Shown: piece by piece, positions 50,718-64,000 of the stretch
Numbering within the stretch: position 1 is the stretch's first letter
How the letters are laid out: every line of letters starts with the position of its first letter
NCBI GenBank assembly: GCA_965649765.1
Contig: OZ287749.1
Span: forward strand, 72,540,001-72,604,000
DNA: 64,000 bases
Reading direction: 5' to 3'
Source of the DNA: Bispira polyomma
Taxonomy: Eukaryota
Notes under the pieces: generated by a model
What the model saw: only the letters and a program-made list of their open reading frames with translations
Told to the model about the DNA's origin: nothing
Database searches by the model: none
Translations under genes and position numbers: made by a program

Positions 50718-51407
50718 GGTTACTGTTCAAAATAAAATATCTGTGTAAGGTCAACCTAACATACTTCAATCTAACAAAATACATTCTGCACTTTTTTTCA
50801 TTACTTTCAGCATCTTCAACATTACGACAAGCACATGAAAAATAATATACATAAGGTTTTAAATAAAAATCAGGAGCTTCAGTACTAATATGAACAAAAA
50901 ACAAAACACACATGGTACAAATCAATAGTATATAAAATTTTACAAACATTTTACAAACAAACGGAAAAAAAAGTTGGCTAATCTTTCCATTTCTGTGTCA
51001 TCTTTTTTAATTTTATGATTTTGAATGTCCACTTCAGGAAATACCCCAAAATACTGATTTATACTTGAATCAATGTCATCTATCTTGAAAGAGTACTCGC
51101 ATATAATTTAACAACAAAGTTGGTTAACAAATATATACATATATTTTCATTTCTCTTAATAAGTGGCAGACACATTTTAACTATACATGTACAAATGTAT
51201 TTTTATCATTTACAAGAAATTTTTAAACTTATTTTTTTTAGACTTTAAGACATTTATGAAGTTTTTGTTTGAATGATTTTTACATTGCTAAATGTGAGTA
51301 ACAATTTTAAAGCATAAATAAGACCAAAATATTTAAACCCCTATTTATTAGAGTCCTTTGGTTTTTGTAATTTTGTACTTAAAGAGACTGTCAAAAGCAA
51401 ACACAGT

Positions 51408-54400
51408 AGTAAAGGGGTCGCAATTTTGATTCCTACTGACCTAAAACTTGACCTTATATGTCAAAAGTTACATGAAGATAATGAAGGACGTATTTTGATA
51501 TTGGACTGTACTGTTGAAGGGAATAGTTTTATCATGATGAATATTTATGCGCCGACAAAAGATAAACCCAATTTGCAAAATCGTTTTGTGTCAAATCTGC
51601 ATGAGCTTGTTGAAAATAACAGTGGAAAAAATCTAATTATTGGTGGTGATTTCAATGTTTGTTTAGATACCAAATTGGACAAAAAAGGTGGTACACCTGA
51701 TATAGCTTCGGCATATTGTAAAAATTTACATCACTTACTAGAAGAGTACTCATTAGTAGATATTTGGCGTCTCCGAAATAAAGAAAGAGCGCAGTTTAGC
51801 AGACAAGAACGAACACGAGCAGGTGTTGTACAATCACGCATAGATTATTGGTTTATATCCTCTGCATTGGCGTATCAAACTAAAGCCGCAGAAATTAAGC
51901 CTGGGTATTGCTCTGACCACAGTATTTTGAAATTGAATTTAGAGCTAACTTACACACAAAAAAGAGGGAAGGGCTCTTGGAAATTCAACAATGATCTTTT
52001 GAATGACCCTGATTATGTTAACTTAATAAAGAAGACAATGTCTTCAGTAAACAAAAGTGTCAGATTTGAAAATAAAAATCTCTTTTGGGAATATATTAAA
52101 TGTCAGTTGCGTACTGAAACAATTCAATATGCTATTCAGAAAAGTAAGGCACAAAGGAAAAAAGAACTAGAACTAGAAAACCTGCTCCTATAACTTGAAA
52201 ATAAAATTGATGAAAATGAAGAAAACTATCTCAAGTAGCAAGATGTAAAAAGGGAGCTAGAGAACATCCAACAAGTCAAAACCAATGGAATAGTTATTAG
52301 GTCAAGGGCTAAGTGGATAGAATATGGAGAAAAAAATTCAAAATATTTTTTAAACCTTGAACGAAGGAACTTTAATACCAAATATATTAAGAAGATTATT
52401 AAACCAGATGGAAGGGAAATAGATGATCCAAATGAGATTATTGAAGAACAGGTCAACTTTTTCTCTAAGCCATACACAAGTACAATTGAACCCTCTCTCA
52501 ATAGTTCTGATGATTTCCTAAAAAATAAGAGTATTCCTAAACTAAAAGAATCTGATAAAAACTTTTGTGAAGAAAATGTAACATTAACAGAAATATCCAA
52601 AGCACTGGAATCTATGGCCAATGATAAGTCACCTGGACTTGATGGCTTTACCACAAATTTTTATAAGATCTTCTGGGAAGAATTAAAGTTGCCACTTTAT
52701 AATAGTTACTTGTATAGTTTTGATACAGGTCAGTTACCAGACGGACAACGTAGAGGTTTACTAAATTTAATACCAAAACCACAAAATGATATGAGATTTT
52801 TGAAATCATGGAGACCTGTGACTCTGTTAGCAACTGACTATAAAATTTTAGCTAAGGCCCTATCTATAAAACTGCAAAGTATCATTCCAAATTTAATAAG
52901 CTCTGACCAAGTTGGATACATTAAAGGTAGATATATTGGCGAAAATATAAGGGCAATACAAGATTTCACATCATATACTGATTTAAATAAAAAGAAAGGT
53001 ATTTTGACATTGATAGACTTTTAAAAAGCATTTGACACCGTCGAATGGCCTTTTCTTTTTGAAGTTTTGAAGGTATTTAACTTTGGTGAAAACTTTGTTA
53101 AATGGATCAAACTTTTATATCAAAATATATTCTCATGTGTGTCTAATAATGGGTACCTATCAAACTATTTTGAACTAAGTAGAGGTATAAGGCAAGGTTG
53201 TCCAATTTCTGCATTACTCTTTATTTTGGTAGCTGAAATAGTTTCTTTGGCAATAAAGGGTAACTGCAATATCAAAGGAATTAAAATTAATAAAGAAGAA
53301 TATAAAATAATACAACTAGCTGATGACACAACTTTATTTTTAAAAGATGTTAAGTCATTAGAAAGGGCAATTAACTTATTTATTAAATTTGGATTGTATT
53401 CTGGCCTAAAGCTAAATTTAGATAAAACTGAGATTATACCACTTGGAAATTTCAAGTTGTCATCCCTAAATTTTTCAAAAGAACTAAAAAAGATTGGGAT
53501 CAGAAAAGGTCCATTTAAAACTCTAGGAATATGGTTTTCAAAGAACTCCGAGACTAGCATCAAATTAAATTTTTCAGAAAGATTAACGGAAGTAGAGAAA
53601 ATACTCTTTATCTGGAGATCAAGGTCTCTCTCTTGGAGAGGAAAGATAACTATACTCAAGACTTTGGTTATTCCTCAATTCATTCACTTATTCTGTAACT
53701 TATACACACCCATCAGTGTTCTTGACAAGATTGAAAAAATGTTTTTTAACTTCCTTTGGGATAGCAAACCTCCACGAGTTAAAAGATCAACCATAGTAAG
53801 CAATCTCAAGAATGGTGGTTTAAAGATGCCAGATATCTACTGCATTCATGATGTACAAAAAATAATCTGGATAAAGAGGTTAACTGACGAAACTATAAGA
53901 AAATGGAAGAATTTGTCCTGGGAATTATTAAACATTGGTCAGGAAAAGCTCAATTTTAAACTACCAAAGAAAAGTTATCAGGTTGCAAAAACCACATTCT
54001 ATCAGCAAGTACTAAATGGGTGGTTTTCAATCAAGTCTAGGCCACCAAACAATACCAATGATATGTTGAATGAATTTTTACTTTATAATCAATTCATTCC
54101 AAAGATAATTCATACATCAACAGTTCAATTTGCAAAATTAAAGATTGGTCAACCAAAATTAAACTCAAAGATATTTTAGATTCCAGATGGGATGTGCTGC
54201 CCTTTGAGTCACTACAATCAAAATTTCAGTTAAAAATAACACTTTTAGAGTACTATGGCATCAAAAAGGCAATTCCAAAATCTTGGCTAGAAAGAATTAA
54301 AACAAGTAATCTAAAAGATATCATAATTGAAGATGATATCTATATAAATATTGCAGAGAGAGCAAAACCCCTTAAATGTAAAAAGAACTAGGATATCTAT

Positions 54401-54925
54401 TGGGAATTTGTAAATAAAAAATGCAAAGAACCTACTTCGTTAACTACATGGATAGACCTATTCCCATTTCTTGAAGTTATAAACTGGGATGACATTTTTG
54501 CTCTAACATATAAGATAACAGGGGAACCTTATCTGCAATGTTTTCAATATAAAGTGTTGCACAGAACATTGAATTGCAGGGATAAACTTCTTAAATGGAA
54601 TATATCTGAATCTTCAATCTGCCTATACTGTAATAAGAACCTCGTAGATACCTTAGAACACCACTTATTTTATTGTGTTTCTTCTTTTAATTTTTGGATA
54701 AATCTTGAGACCTGGACTGCTACAAATCTTGATACAAAGTTTTGTTTAACAGTATGCCAAATATTACTTGGTATACCTTTTTATAACGATCAATATATCC
54801 TTAGATTAAATTATCTGATTTTACTAGGGAAATGGTATATAAATAACATAAAGTCTCGTGATAAACCACTTTTATTTAAAGAATTTATAATTATAACTCC
54901 ACGCAATGTCGCTCCTCTACAGTAA
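51408..54925 (+). pseudogene. LINE ORF2 remainder (APE C-terminal part, RT, Cys/His domain), several stops and frameshifts
   Basis: NIYAP, IIGGDFN, SRIDY, SDH, WKFNN; KSPGLDG, WRPVTLL..DYK, DQVGY, DF*KAFD, GIRQGCP, QLADD (53313); C..C......TLEHHLFYC. Stops at 52191, 52237, 53022 and 54389. Confidence 0.95.
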
Positions 54926-56594
54926 AAATGGAAAATCTCAAGTTTTTAAAGATACCTTTGGTCAACTTCTAGATATCAGTTAATTTTAAAAGTAATATTT
55001 CGCATTTTTCGCTTTTTTTGCACCTATTTATAATATAGCTTGAATAGATTAGATAACATGTATCTAAAATAATTGAAAGGGTTGCTTCTGTACTAATATG
55101 ATGTGTTTTTGTTGTTTTTGTTTTAAGTAACATTGTGATGTTGTATTTTGTATATGTCTGTAATGTAATTGTATTGTAATGTCTTAATGTGATAATAAAA
55201 AAAAAAAAAAAAAAAAAAACTAACATCATGAAGCAATATTAAAAAAAAGAAAAAACATCTCTTTCAATTTTCAATATTGAAATTTGCATTAGAATTTTCA
55301 GTATAGTTTTCATTATAGTCACACTAAGAACAAGAATAACAGCCACCACAAACTAGTGAAAGCACTGGGGCCCTTGGTGTGTTTATGAGTAAGATTAACA
55401 CCCCAATTTGGTAGTACTTTCATGTAATTCTCTGCCTCTGGAGAAGATGACATTGTTTATTGCAGTTGCTGGAGCATGGTGAAATTTCCTCATCACGAAT
55501 ATATTGGATTCTTTTATGGGGTAATTTTTATCCACCCAGTCTTGGCTTTTTATTGGTCATTTCTTTCTGCATTCTTTGCAAGAAATAGGCCTGCCAGGCC
55601 ATGATGCAAATCCTAATTATTACTATTTTTCTTTCTTTGGCCAACAAGATATGAGCTAAAGAAAGAGGAATAACTTCACACACTAAAACATTTCTAATCT
55701 AATGGCTCTTCTTAAGTATGTCGAATTGCTTCAAGGAAAGTGCCAATAAACTGCACTTTTAGCATTAAATGTAATTTGTGAAAGTAGAATGAACCTCCTA
55801 CAGGGGGTGTCTTGTTTCTTCCTGTGGTGGGTTTTTTCTGTCTGTTTGGATTGTGAATAGAATATCTTCGATGTTGCTCCAAGAAATTGTTTACCAAGGC
55901 TACATGTTTCTTTTTAACTAAATTTGTTTTCTTTTGCTTGTGATTTTAATATCAGATATGATTGTGCAAATTGCATTTGTTTATTACTCTGTGAATGTAG
56001 TGCCTACAAAAACAGTGCAGTTGCTTTGTACCATGTTAGGAGAGCTGGGGCTGTAGTCACAAAAATTCTAAGAGTTTTCTTAGACTCAGCCAATTAGATT
56101 CTTTACAAACATACTTTCAGCCAATAAAATTGGTTTAGACTATCATTTTAGAATAAATTTTGTTATTAATACCAACTCTGGTTTTGTGATCTAAAAAGAA
56201 CGAAATCGTCCCTTTCTGAAGAATTTATCTGGGGCTTGTTGGTGACTGTTTAATTATGGAAGCTCCATTTTTTAGATATATGTACACATAATACTGACAT
56301 CATGTTCTTAAAATTCTAAACCAGGGAAATTTATAACAGGAACATATTTAACTTAAAGAATATTAATATTATTGTTGAAAATTACAATATATCTTAAAAA
56401 ATGTTTACATTTTGTATCCATAGATACACATCGAGAAGTATTATGACCCAACCGATCATTAACACCCAGTCAACACATTTATAATGATAAAATCCAACCT
56501 AATATACACTTTAGATATCTATACTTGGCCAAAAGTAAAGCCTTGTGTTGAGACACAAAAAGCACATGATGTTATTGTTTCTGTAATTCCAGAG

Positions 56595-56890
56595 CAAACC
56601 TAGGTTCATTATACAGGCAAATAATAAACTTCCAAATGTTGTTACTTACATTTAAAGCCCTAAATGGTCTTGCTCTGGAATACACCAGAGACATGCTAAC
56701 ATTATATAAAGCAGCAAGAAGAACATAAGGTCAACCCATTATTAGCTGCTAACAGTGCCACAAAACAACCAGCGATAGATAGTTTCCATACATTGGTCCT
56801 AAAGCTTTAGAACAACTTACCAATTAACATTCGACAGGTTAAGGTACTGTCAAGTTTTAAATCTGCAATTAAAAATAATTGTGTTCAGTG
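56595..56890 (+). mobile_element. Decayed L2/CR1-type LINE 3' fragment
   Basis: Remnant LLLTFKALNGLA..Y and ..NNLPINIR...FKS.IK motifs, broken by frameshifts. Confidence 0.65.
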
Positions 56891-58552
56891 AATGATATAA
56901 AGATTTAACTGTATCTATTATGGTATCAATGAATATTTTTATATAGATGCTGGCACTTTAAATATTGTTTCTTTTTACTGGAGCTAAAGACAATGCTACT
57001 AGCAAATATCTTAAGTAGAATGAACGGGATTCAGCCTGAATTGCTGCTTTACATCTCTACCACAATACTGTAAAACAAATCACTATTTCACCTCATTAAA
57101 GACAAAGTTTAAGATACTTTAAATCTTTCCACGTACCACGTTTGCCACTTCAGTTTATTCATGCCATCAGACAAAAAGGATATAACCCTTTATTCTTGTC
57201 CTGCGATGATTGACTTTTCTTAGTATTTATATGCTCGGTAAAAAATACTGCCACTGCAAATATAAAGGTTACTGCATGTTATCTCATGTGCGAATCTTAT
57301 GGAATATACTTGATCTTTAGCCAAGGCTAGAAGAATTATAAGGGCCCATGTCTGATTACAGAGTCATTGCCTTTAAGAGGAGAAGTTTTCTCATCCTCAT
57401 AATCCCATTGATTTCTTCTATTCATGTTATTATCAAGCATACAGCAGTGGCATAAACTGCCATCTGATATGCTTCTCTATTATTTTTTCTAAATATATTT
57501 TGTGCAATTAAAAATATTCCACAGGAAAGACAGGTGTAACTGTATACAGTTTAGACAAAAAAGATATCACACTTCAGCATGTTTTACCTTATACAAAGTA
57601 GTCACGTTGGTAATTATATACTCCTCGTTGAAAAATATCAAATTATCAGGTGCTAGAAGTAATGCTATTGTCAGCAGAAAAGTATACATTTCTATATTAA
57701 GACCACACTCAAAGTGTGTTTTTGGTTTGTGAGAGGGGGCGGGGGGTGTAATTAGGACGACGTATAGTTCTTGTATAGTTCTTAAAGCCCTTATGTCCAA
57801 GATGTTGTTGTCTGATATTTTGTATTAAGGTCTGTGGTAAATTAAGGTTTCGTCTGAATGATAATGAGTGAGGGTTTCATAATTTAACTTGATTGGCTGA
57901 CTTGGCTATCTAAACCTTAGCACAATGGTATACCTACTTAAAGATATACTATATGAGAATAGCTAAGTCCATCAGCATAACCAAGACTACTAATGCTATT
58001 TATGTTGTTTAAAACATACACAAATATATTCTTCAAAACATGTGACTCATAAAAAGTAATTTCAAGTTACCCTTGCACTGAGACTGGTTGGATGGTGCTA
58101 ATGACGTCTGGTCTGTGCAGATAATTAGCCTTAGTTAATCAGCTATTGGTAATTAGCATCAGCATCAACCTTCTCTAATTACCTCTGAACTGCTGCAACA
58201 ACCATTGTCATGAAATTATTCACTTGGTTTTCTATGTATATAAATGTATATCTACATGTACAATCAGCAACAATTTGACAAGCTGGTTATCTTTTCACTA
58301 AAAGTAAGAGTATTATTTTCTACCTGGACAATTTAAAATTCATGCATTTTACAAATGAATATTCTTAAAAGTAACCTCTAAATTGCTTCAGCCCTAACAC
58401 AGTGGTTTTTAGCAATAACACTTTACAATATGTCCCATAGTTACTTGATACTAAAACCATAGGTAGAAAACATGTCACAATATATACTAGAAGCATTTAG
58501 ATTTGCAGTATTCAAAAGTAGGTTGATTCACTTTTTTATCTGATATTTTCAG

Positions 58553-58611
58553 CCAGAAATATGAACCTTATGGAAGAGAGAGAGCCTCAATATGAAGATC
58601 TATATGACCAG
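58553..58611 (+). CDS. Host gene exon 7: (A)RNMNLMEEREPQYEDLYDQ
   Basis: Acceptor atattttcag, donor CAG|gtagga; phase 1 in, phase 0 out. Confidence 0.75.
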
Positions 58612-59596
58612 GTAGGAGTGGTGTAGAAAACTCAAAACTTACATCAGTAGTACAATGCATTCTGTTATAATATTGCATGAATAGGGACAGTTTATGTCCA
58701 TTCTGACATGACTGCGAAAATAATGGAGAGGTTTAAATTTTATCATAAGGTTTGTTTACACATGATCAGTTATGGCGGGATGCATGATCGTCCCAGATAA
58801 TGTATGCACAGAAAGTTTTTGCACAAGTTGTCATATTAGACTAGAAATTCACTGCTTACCAGGAAAGTTATTAATCTGAGTTTTGGTCTCTATTTTGTAT
58901 AGAGAAGTATAAAAGGGGTGGGTGGGGGGGGGGAGGGGTTGAGAAGGGTTATATATGGTACACAAGGTAGCTCCCTTTGTGGCAATACGTCATTGCAGAC
59001 ATGACAATACAATGACTGTCTGGTGCATTGAGAAAGGGGGGAGTCGCCGATATGGCATAAATATCTCTAAAGAAAAACAGTTTATCATACTTAGGACATA
59101 AAGCAGGATCATCATGATTTACCCAGGCAGGAATATAAAGCATGAAAAGCAAGAGAAGCTATAGACTAGACACTGCTATTCATAACCAACTCGGTGTTTT
59201 TTTGTCATGATTCAAAAGAAAAAGTTACTGAACTAGCTAACACCAATGAGCTTCCACGTACATATATCAAATTCAGAAGTAAAGAAAAATCTAATCAAAC
59301 TCTGTAATAACAGATTCTAAGGTGCAACACTGCATGCCTATTTAATATTAAGTATATAACAGCACACAACAGGGACTTAACCTAAAATTTTGAAATTCTG
59401 CCCAATATCTATTAAAACTAGAAGGCCACTCAGTAGCATGCATACCTCTGTCAAGGCGCTCTAGTACCAGCAAAATAATATAATTTATTGGAACCACCCT
59501 TCTACCTAGATATTAGATCCGCTGCTAAAACTAATGGTTCTCTTTATTGGCCCATGTCCTCGGCCAAAGTTCCTGTAAATCATTCCAGTAAATCAA

Positions 59597-59830
59597 AAAT
59601 TGGATCCTATGCCTTCCCTGTTGCAGCACCAACGATATGGAACAATTTAACAGCCAGATCCTAGAAAAGAAAACACCTTTCAGATTTTTGAGTTCAGAAG
59701 CAACCTTAAGACCCATCTCTTCACCCTCGCTCCTCACCCTCCATAGACATCTTTCTCCTCCACGTCACCTTCCGATCAGGAGTTGTATTGAAAATGGACT
59801 ACGCTTCTAACATCAATTAGGCGCGTTCAA
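59597..59830 (+). mobile_element. L2/CR1-type LINE 3' fragment
   Basis: Reverse-complement match to 20577-20800, including cttaagacccatctcttcaccct. Confidence 0.8.
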
Positions 59831-62800
59831 AATTTATCATATAATATCAAAATTCAGTTTTAGTGTAATGCTGGTGATGGACAAACTACCAATACATGAG
59901 TATACGCACTAGCTTGTAGCTTCAGTCTCAGTGGAACCAACCATGCCACACTGAAACTGAACTGTGGAGATTTATCTTTGGTTGCTATTCTTCTATTGAG
60001 CAGGCCCCAATCATTTTGTTTACATCTTCTATCAAAGTTACATACTGTATAAGTGAAAGCGATGTTACAAATTTAACTTTCCGTAACACGTTCGGTTTGT
60101 GAACAGTGATTCCTGCTGAACTTTAAATATCTGTATTTTTAATAAGAAATGACCAAGAGGGTGCACAATTTAATTGCACATAAACTTATAAATATATTCA
60201 ATTCCCTTATTGGTTATTTCAGTTCCCTTGCTAGAATGTTGTATATTTAATGATGACCCACCCAGATAATTTGTATACCTAAAAAACCCCAGTTGATTTC
60301 CAATGTAATTTGGGCTTAGTAGGCCACACAGAAAGTAGTCCACCTTCCTATACACTGAGGGATTTCAATAGCAAAAACCCACATCAGTATCCTAAAAGGA
60401 ATACAAGGCCCAAGGAAACTATGTTATATAATGTCTGCCAGAGGTTGCAATTACTAAATAAAGACATATAAGGTGTAGGGAAAAGGTTAAAGATCACTCA
60501 ATTAGGAACGTCTGACGTCTGCCTTCATTACCTTTGAATAGCCTTATCACACAGTCAGACACTTTTTTTTGTACTTTTCACCGTGAAATATGCCCTCTTT
60601 TGATGATGTGTTTAGTAGTTTGTTCCCCCAACTGTTATTGCAGCTAATTTTGGACTTATATATTTCCCCTAATGCCTTGCCATTCACACTAAATAGCAAT
60701 GGACACAAATAGAAAGATATAAGTGAAGACATCAAATGCAGCTCATCTTTTTTTACCTCCACCAAAGAGGTTATGTTTTTGGGGAGTTTGTTTATCACCA
60801 GGATTACCCCCCAAAATATAATGAACCAGATTTACATGAAATTTAAGCAAGGAATTCATTAAATGTGGGAGTGGATCTTGGATCTAATAATTTTATTCCA
60901 CCTTTTAACCCTGTGGCACCTTCGCTGAGATTTGGACCCTACTAGCAGCCCCACTAGTTGATGGATTTCCTGGATGATTTGAGGGTACCCTCGAAGTTTG
61001 TTTTATTGGTACTTGCCTAGAATTTACAGCTCTTTATGGTAATGGCAGCTACGTCACAGAATTAAGTGATGGAGTTTACACTTTACAAATATCTCCAATC
61101 TTAACAAAAGGGGCAGCGATGTCCTAGTCGTTAGAAGCGGTCGCCTTCATTATTAATATAGATACTATTTGCTATACTTTACATTTTGATACACTGTTAA
61201 AATCGTAATTATTTGTTAAGCTACCCTGCGTGGTACAGTTTTTTTGTAAAGTCCCTGTGAGCGGGTTGCAACCCTTTCCCGCTGCACAGGCGGCCTGAAA
61301 AATTATTTAATAGGGGAATAAACTATTTTTAACTGAGGGAAAAAAAGAATAAGCGGTCGCCTCATTATCACTTGCCTCTCAACAAGGTTCAAATCCACTG
61401 CTTTCTCTTAAAGAAGTAACCAATATACTTTGTCCTATAAATAAATTTTTTCTTTTATCACTGACTATACATCAGTTGTTTAGTGTACATGGTATTAACT
61501 TAATCCACCAATAAATCAAACTCTAATGTGATAAACCTAAGTTTAAACAATGTTTAAAGTGTTGTAAATCCCCATAAATTCAACTCAAATGGTAAATAAA
61601 ACTATTGAAAACGAACAGCAATTACAGAAAGATATTTGCGGCACCGTTTCTAGGTACAGTACTCTTCAAAGTTAAGACAATCTTTGGAGAAAAGTTTGGG
61701 GAGATAATCGATGAAAATAAATATTTATAAATTTAGACTTTTCACCAGTGTTATCACCTCATGGACAAAAATGTATTCTGAGAAATATTAAAGATTATAC
61801 AGGATATATTTAAGAACATAAAAGGTATCATATTTAGGATTCATATATATATCTATAATTTAAACTGTGAAGACTCTGTTGTGTGCCATAAATAAAGAGA
61901 TTAAGGTCGGAATTATAAGAAAATACATCACAAAATACACCTAGTACATATCTTATCGTAGTCAAGATCCATTGTACTGTGCATAATTATAGTTTAAATA
62001 GTTAAACTTTAAAAAATTCCAGTCTAAAGATTCTTTTTTAAGATTAATCACATTACTCGTGCAACATGCCAATAATACAGCTGTTCTATAACAACGATAG
62101 TTTGTTTTCACTTCCAAAAAACTACTTTCTTATATCTTAGAACATGTAACTTATCAAACAAAAAGCTGGACATCATTCCAGAAAATCCAAACCCCCAAGA
62201 TCTCAGTCAACGGTGCATTCATTTTGTGGTTATTTCCTTATTTCCCCATCACTTAGCAACTAACGAGTTCTCAAAGAAGGGTACTCAACTCTAAGAAGAG
62301 GGATACTGGGGACCATTTTCGTCTTAGATAGTAGTCAATAGGTATCAATGGTTTCCATGGTGAAAGAGATGAAGCAATAAAAAGGATGTCAGCTTAAGGT
62401 CAAGTTTAAGAGCTGTAATAAACCTTTATTGCAGCTTAGAGTTGCAAAACTATCTCATAAAATCCCCTTTTGATAAAGAACCCATGCTTTGCTATCTGGG
62501 AGGGACGGGGCGTTAAAAAATAATGGATAAATCTAAGGTTCTGAAGTTTCAGAAGATAAGCAACTGCCAATCGATACAAACAGTTGTTGAGGTATATTAC
62601 ATTTTATTTGTTGAACAAGCACCGTCAATATATCATGACAGACGATTTAAGTGAAGAATTGTGAGAATGAACACCCCTACCTAAAAACCAAGTAAACATA
62701 GCCATAAGGCAGGACAGTTTCTAAAATTACCAGCTTAACATAAATGCCATTATGGTACCTGAAATTGTAATATGCAGCCAATGTTGACAAAACACAAGAG

Positions 62801-62974
62801 GTTCTTTGTAAAACCTGGATGTATAAAGAGATATAACTCAATTACTTCAAACAGTATATTAGATGATTATCTTCTTATCTATTGTCTGACACACAAAAGT
62901 GAGTTGTATTACTTTGTATCAGTTTGCATTCCTATAGAGAGACCATGGTTGATCTTACTTGTATTTTTACTCAG

Positions 62975-63068
62975 GTACCCCTTCAGCATATCCCTGATAG
63001 AGATGAACAAATGGACAACGTACAAAGTCTTCAAGGTGACTCCAGATATGGAATGCCAGTCCCAAATG
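62975..63068 (+). CDS. Host gene exon 8: VPLQHIPDRDEQMDNVQSLQGDSRYGMPVPN
   Basis: Acceptor atttttactcag, donor G|gtaaat; phase 0 in, phase 1 out. Confidence 0.75.
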
Positions 63069-63373
63069 GTAAATATTAAGAACGATTTTCATCAAAACCA
63101 GTGTTATGTCATAAAAGGCATTCATAACTTATACGGAAGTTAAAATGGAAACAAGGTTGATTTATTTTACCATAAATAACTGAATACAGATAAAATGTTT
63201 ATCATGACATATTATTATGTAAATAAATAATTACTAGTACAATATTATGCATGAGTATTACTACTGCGATCCGAAAAAATACTGTGCCAATCAATTAGTA
63301 TGGTTAATAAAATACAGTTATATTATTAGGTTAATATTGAAATATGTAAAAAACTATAATTCTTTATTTTTAG

Positions 63374-63429
63374 AGTTATACAATGATGAAGAAACACTTC
63401 GAAATATGCAGCAGTATGAAAAACTACAG
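63374..63429 (+). CDS. Host gene exon 9: (E)LYNDEETLRNMQQYEKLQ; gene continues beyond the window
   Basis: Acceptor tctttatttttag, donor CAG|gtaaaa; phase 1 in, phase 0 out; no stop reached. Confidence 0.75.
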
Positions 63430-64000
63430 GTAAAACAAGAACAGTTCAGAAACATCACAAAACAATAGGGGTTTACAAAAAAACACTACCAAAAGCACAT
63501 ATGTTCATGTAGGTTTCAGTGCTCAGCTGTTAAAAGTCGAAGTTTCCAAATATATCATCAAAACTATTGAACATTGGATTACATACTACACAGTAGGTCA
63601 TCAGCAAAGTGATTATTAGTGGATCTTTTAAATTAAGTCTCAACGTGACCATTCATTTTGACGAAAAACAAATCAGCAGAGGCTTAAAGGACTTTCCTGT
63701 GGGTAGTGGAGACTAATTTACTGCTTATTGGGCTAGAAGTATGTTAATTTGTGGTCACATCATTGTCGTGGACAATCTAGCAAGGAAGAAAATACATGCT
63801 AAATGAAAAGATTGGAGCTTTGCAATTGCAAAAAATATAAAAGACAGAACCCATTGTGCTAATTATTGTAATTTTGAAAAAAGAATGGATCATGATCTAT
63901 TTTGAGTTCAACTGAGTTCCACTTTCACTTTATATAGGCATAGGCTATAATATGACACTTAAAGTTATTGGTAGAGAGAACTAGTACTCCATATAGAATC

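Larger units (their letters stand above)
48266..55219 (+). mobile_element. L1/Tx1-clade non-LTR retrotransposon, disabled, with ORF1-NADAR fusion and an inverted segment
   Basis: ORF1 (coiled coil + RRM/CTD motifs), spacer, ORF2 (APE endonuclease, RT, C-terminal Cys/His), T/G-rich 3'UTR, AATAAA at 55194 and 23-A tail at 55197-55219. The 5' end is not defined. Located in host intron 6. Confidence 0.88.

Noticed and set aside
50015-51408. tactgtg ... cacagta as TIRs of a DNA transposon that caused the inversion
   Set aside because: Only 7 bp match, and the left copy is 500 bp from the inversion breakpoint.
52226-53659. Long minus-strand ORFs over the LINE and Ngaro coding regions (also 39770..40177, 43788..44000)
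   Set aside because: Antisense shadows of real coding frames with no recognisable motifs.
48219-55237. acatctatgaagtca (48219) versus acatcatgaagca (55223) as a LINE target-site duplication
   Set aside because: It needs two indels in about 15 nt of AT-rich sequence and does not begin right after the A tail; too weak to define the 5' end.
56424-56461. Acceptor-like ccatag followed by a short open stretch, as an extra host exon
   Set aside because: In the required phase it stops after 7 codons and has no donor; exons 6 and 7 join in phase without it.
62772-63143. 123-aa plus-strand ORF
   Set aside because: It overlaps exon 8 in a different frame; the splice-defined frame fits the gene phases and composition.

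Overview
AT-rich, intron-rich animal genomic DNA. The SINE tails resemble lophotrochozoan/mollusc families, but that is inference. One host gene runs on the + strand across almost the whole window. I can assemble 9 phase-compatible GT-AG coding exons (2391 to 63429, continuing past the window end) encoding at least 314 aa of a signal-peptide-bearing, very acidic protein with dibasic sites (granin-like or acidic matrix-like; not identified). Two large disabled retroelements sit in its introns. The first is a structurally complete Ngaro/DIRS-group tyrosine-recombinase retrotransposon with split direct repeats (39037-45723). The second is an L1/Tx1-type LINE (about 48266-55219) whose ORF1 is fused to a NADAR (YbiA-like N-glycosidase / ADP-ribosylhydrolase) domain and whose ORF2 5' end is inverted. 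The ORF1-NADAR fusion is the most interesting observation. The rest is SINEs, L2/CR1 3' fragments, MITEs, Helentron-like short elements, minisatellites and local duplications. Most short ORFs in the track are spurious. All assignments are by eye from motifs; no searches were run.
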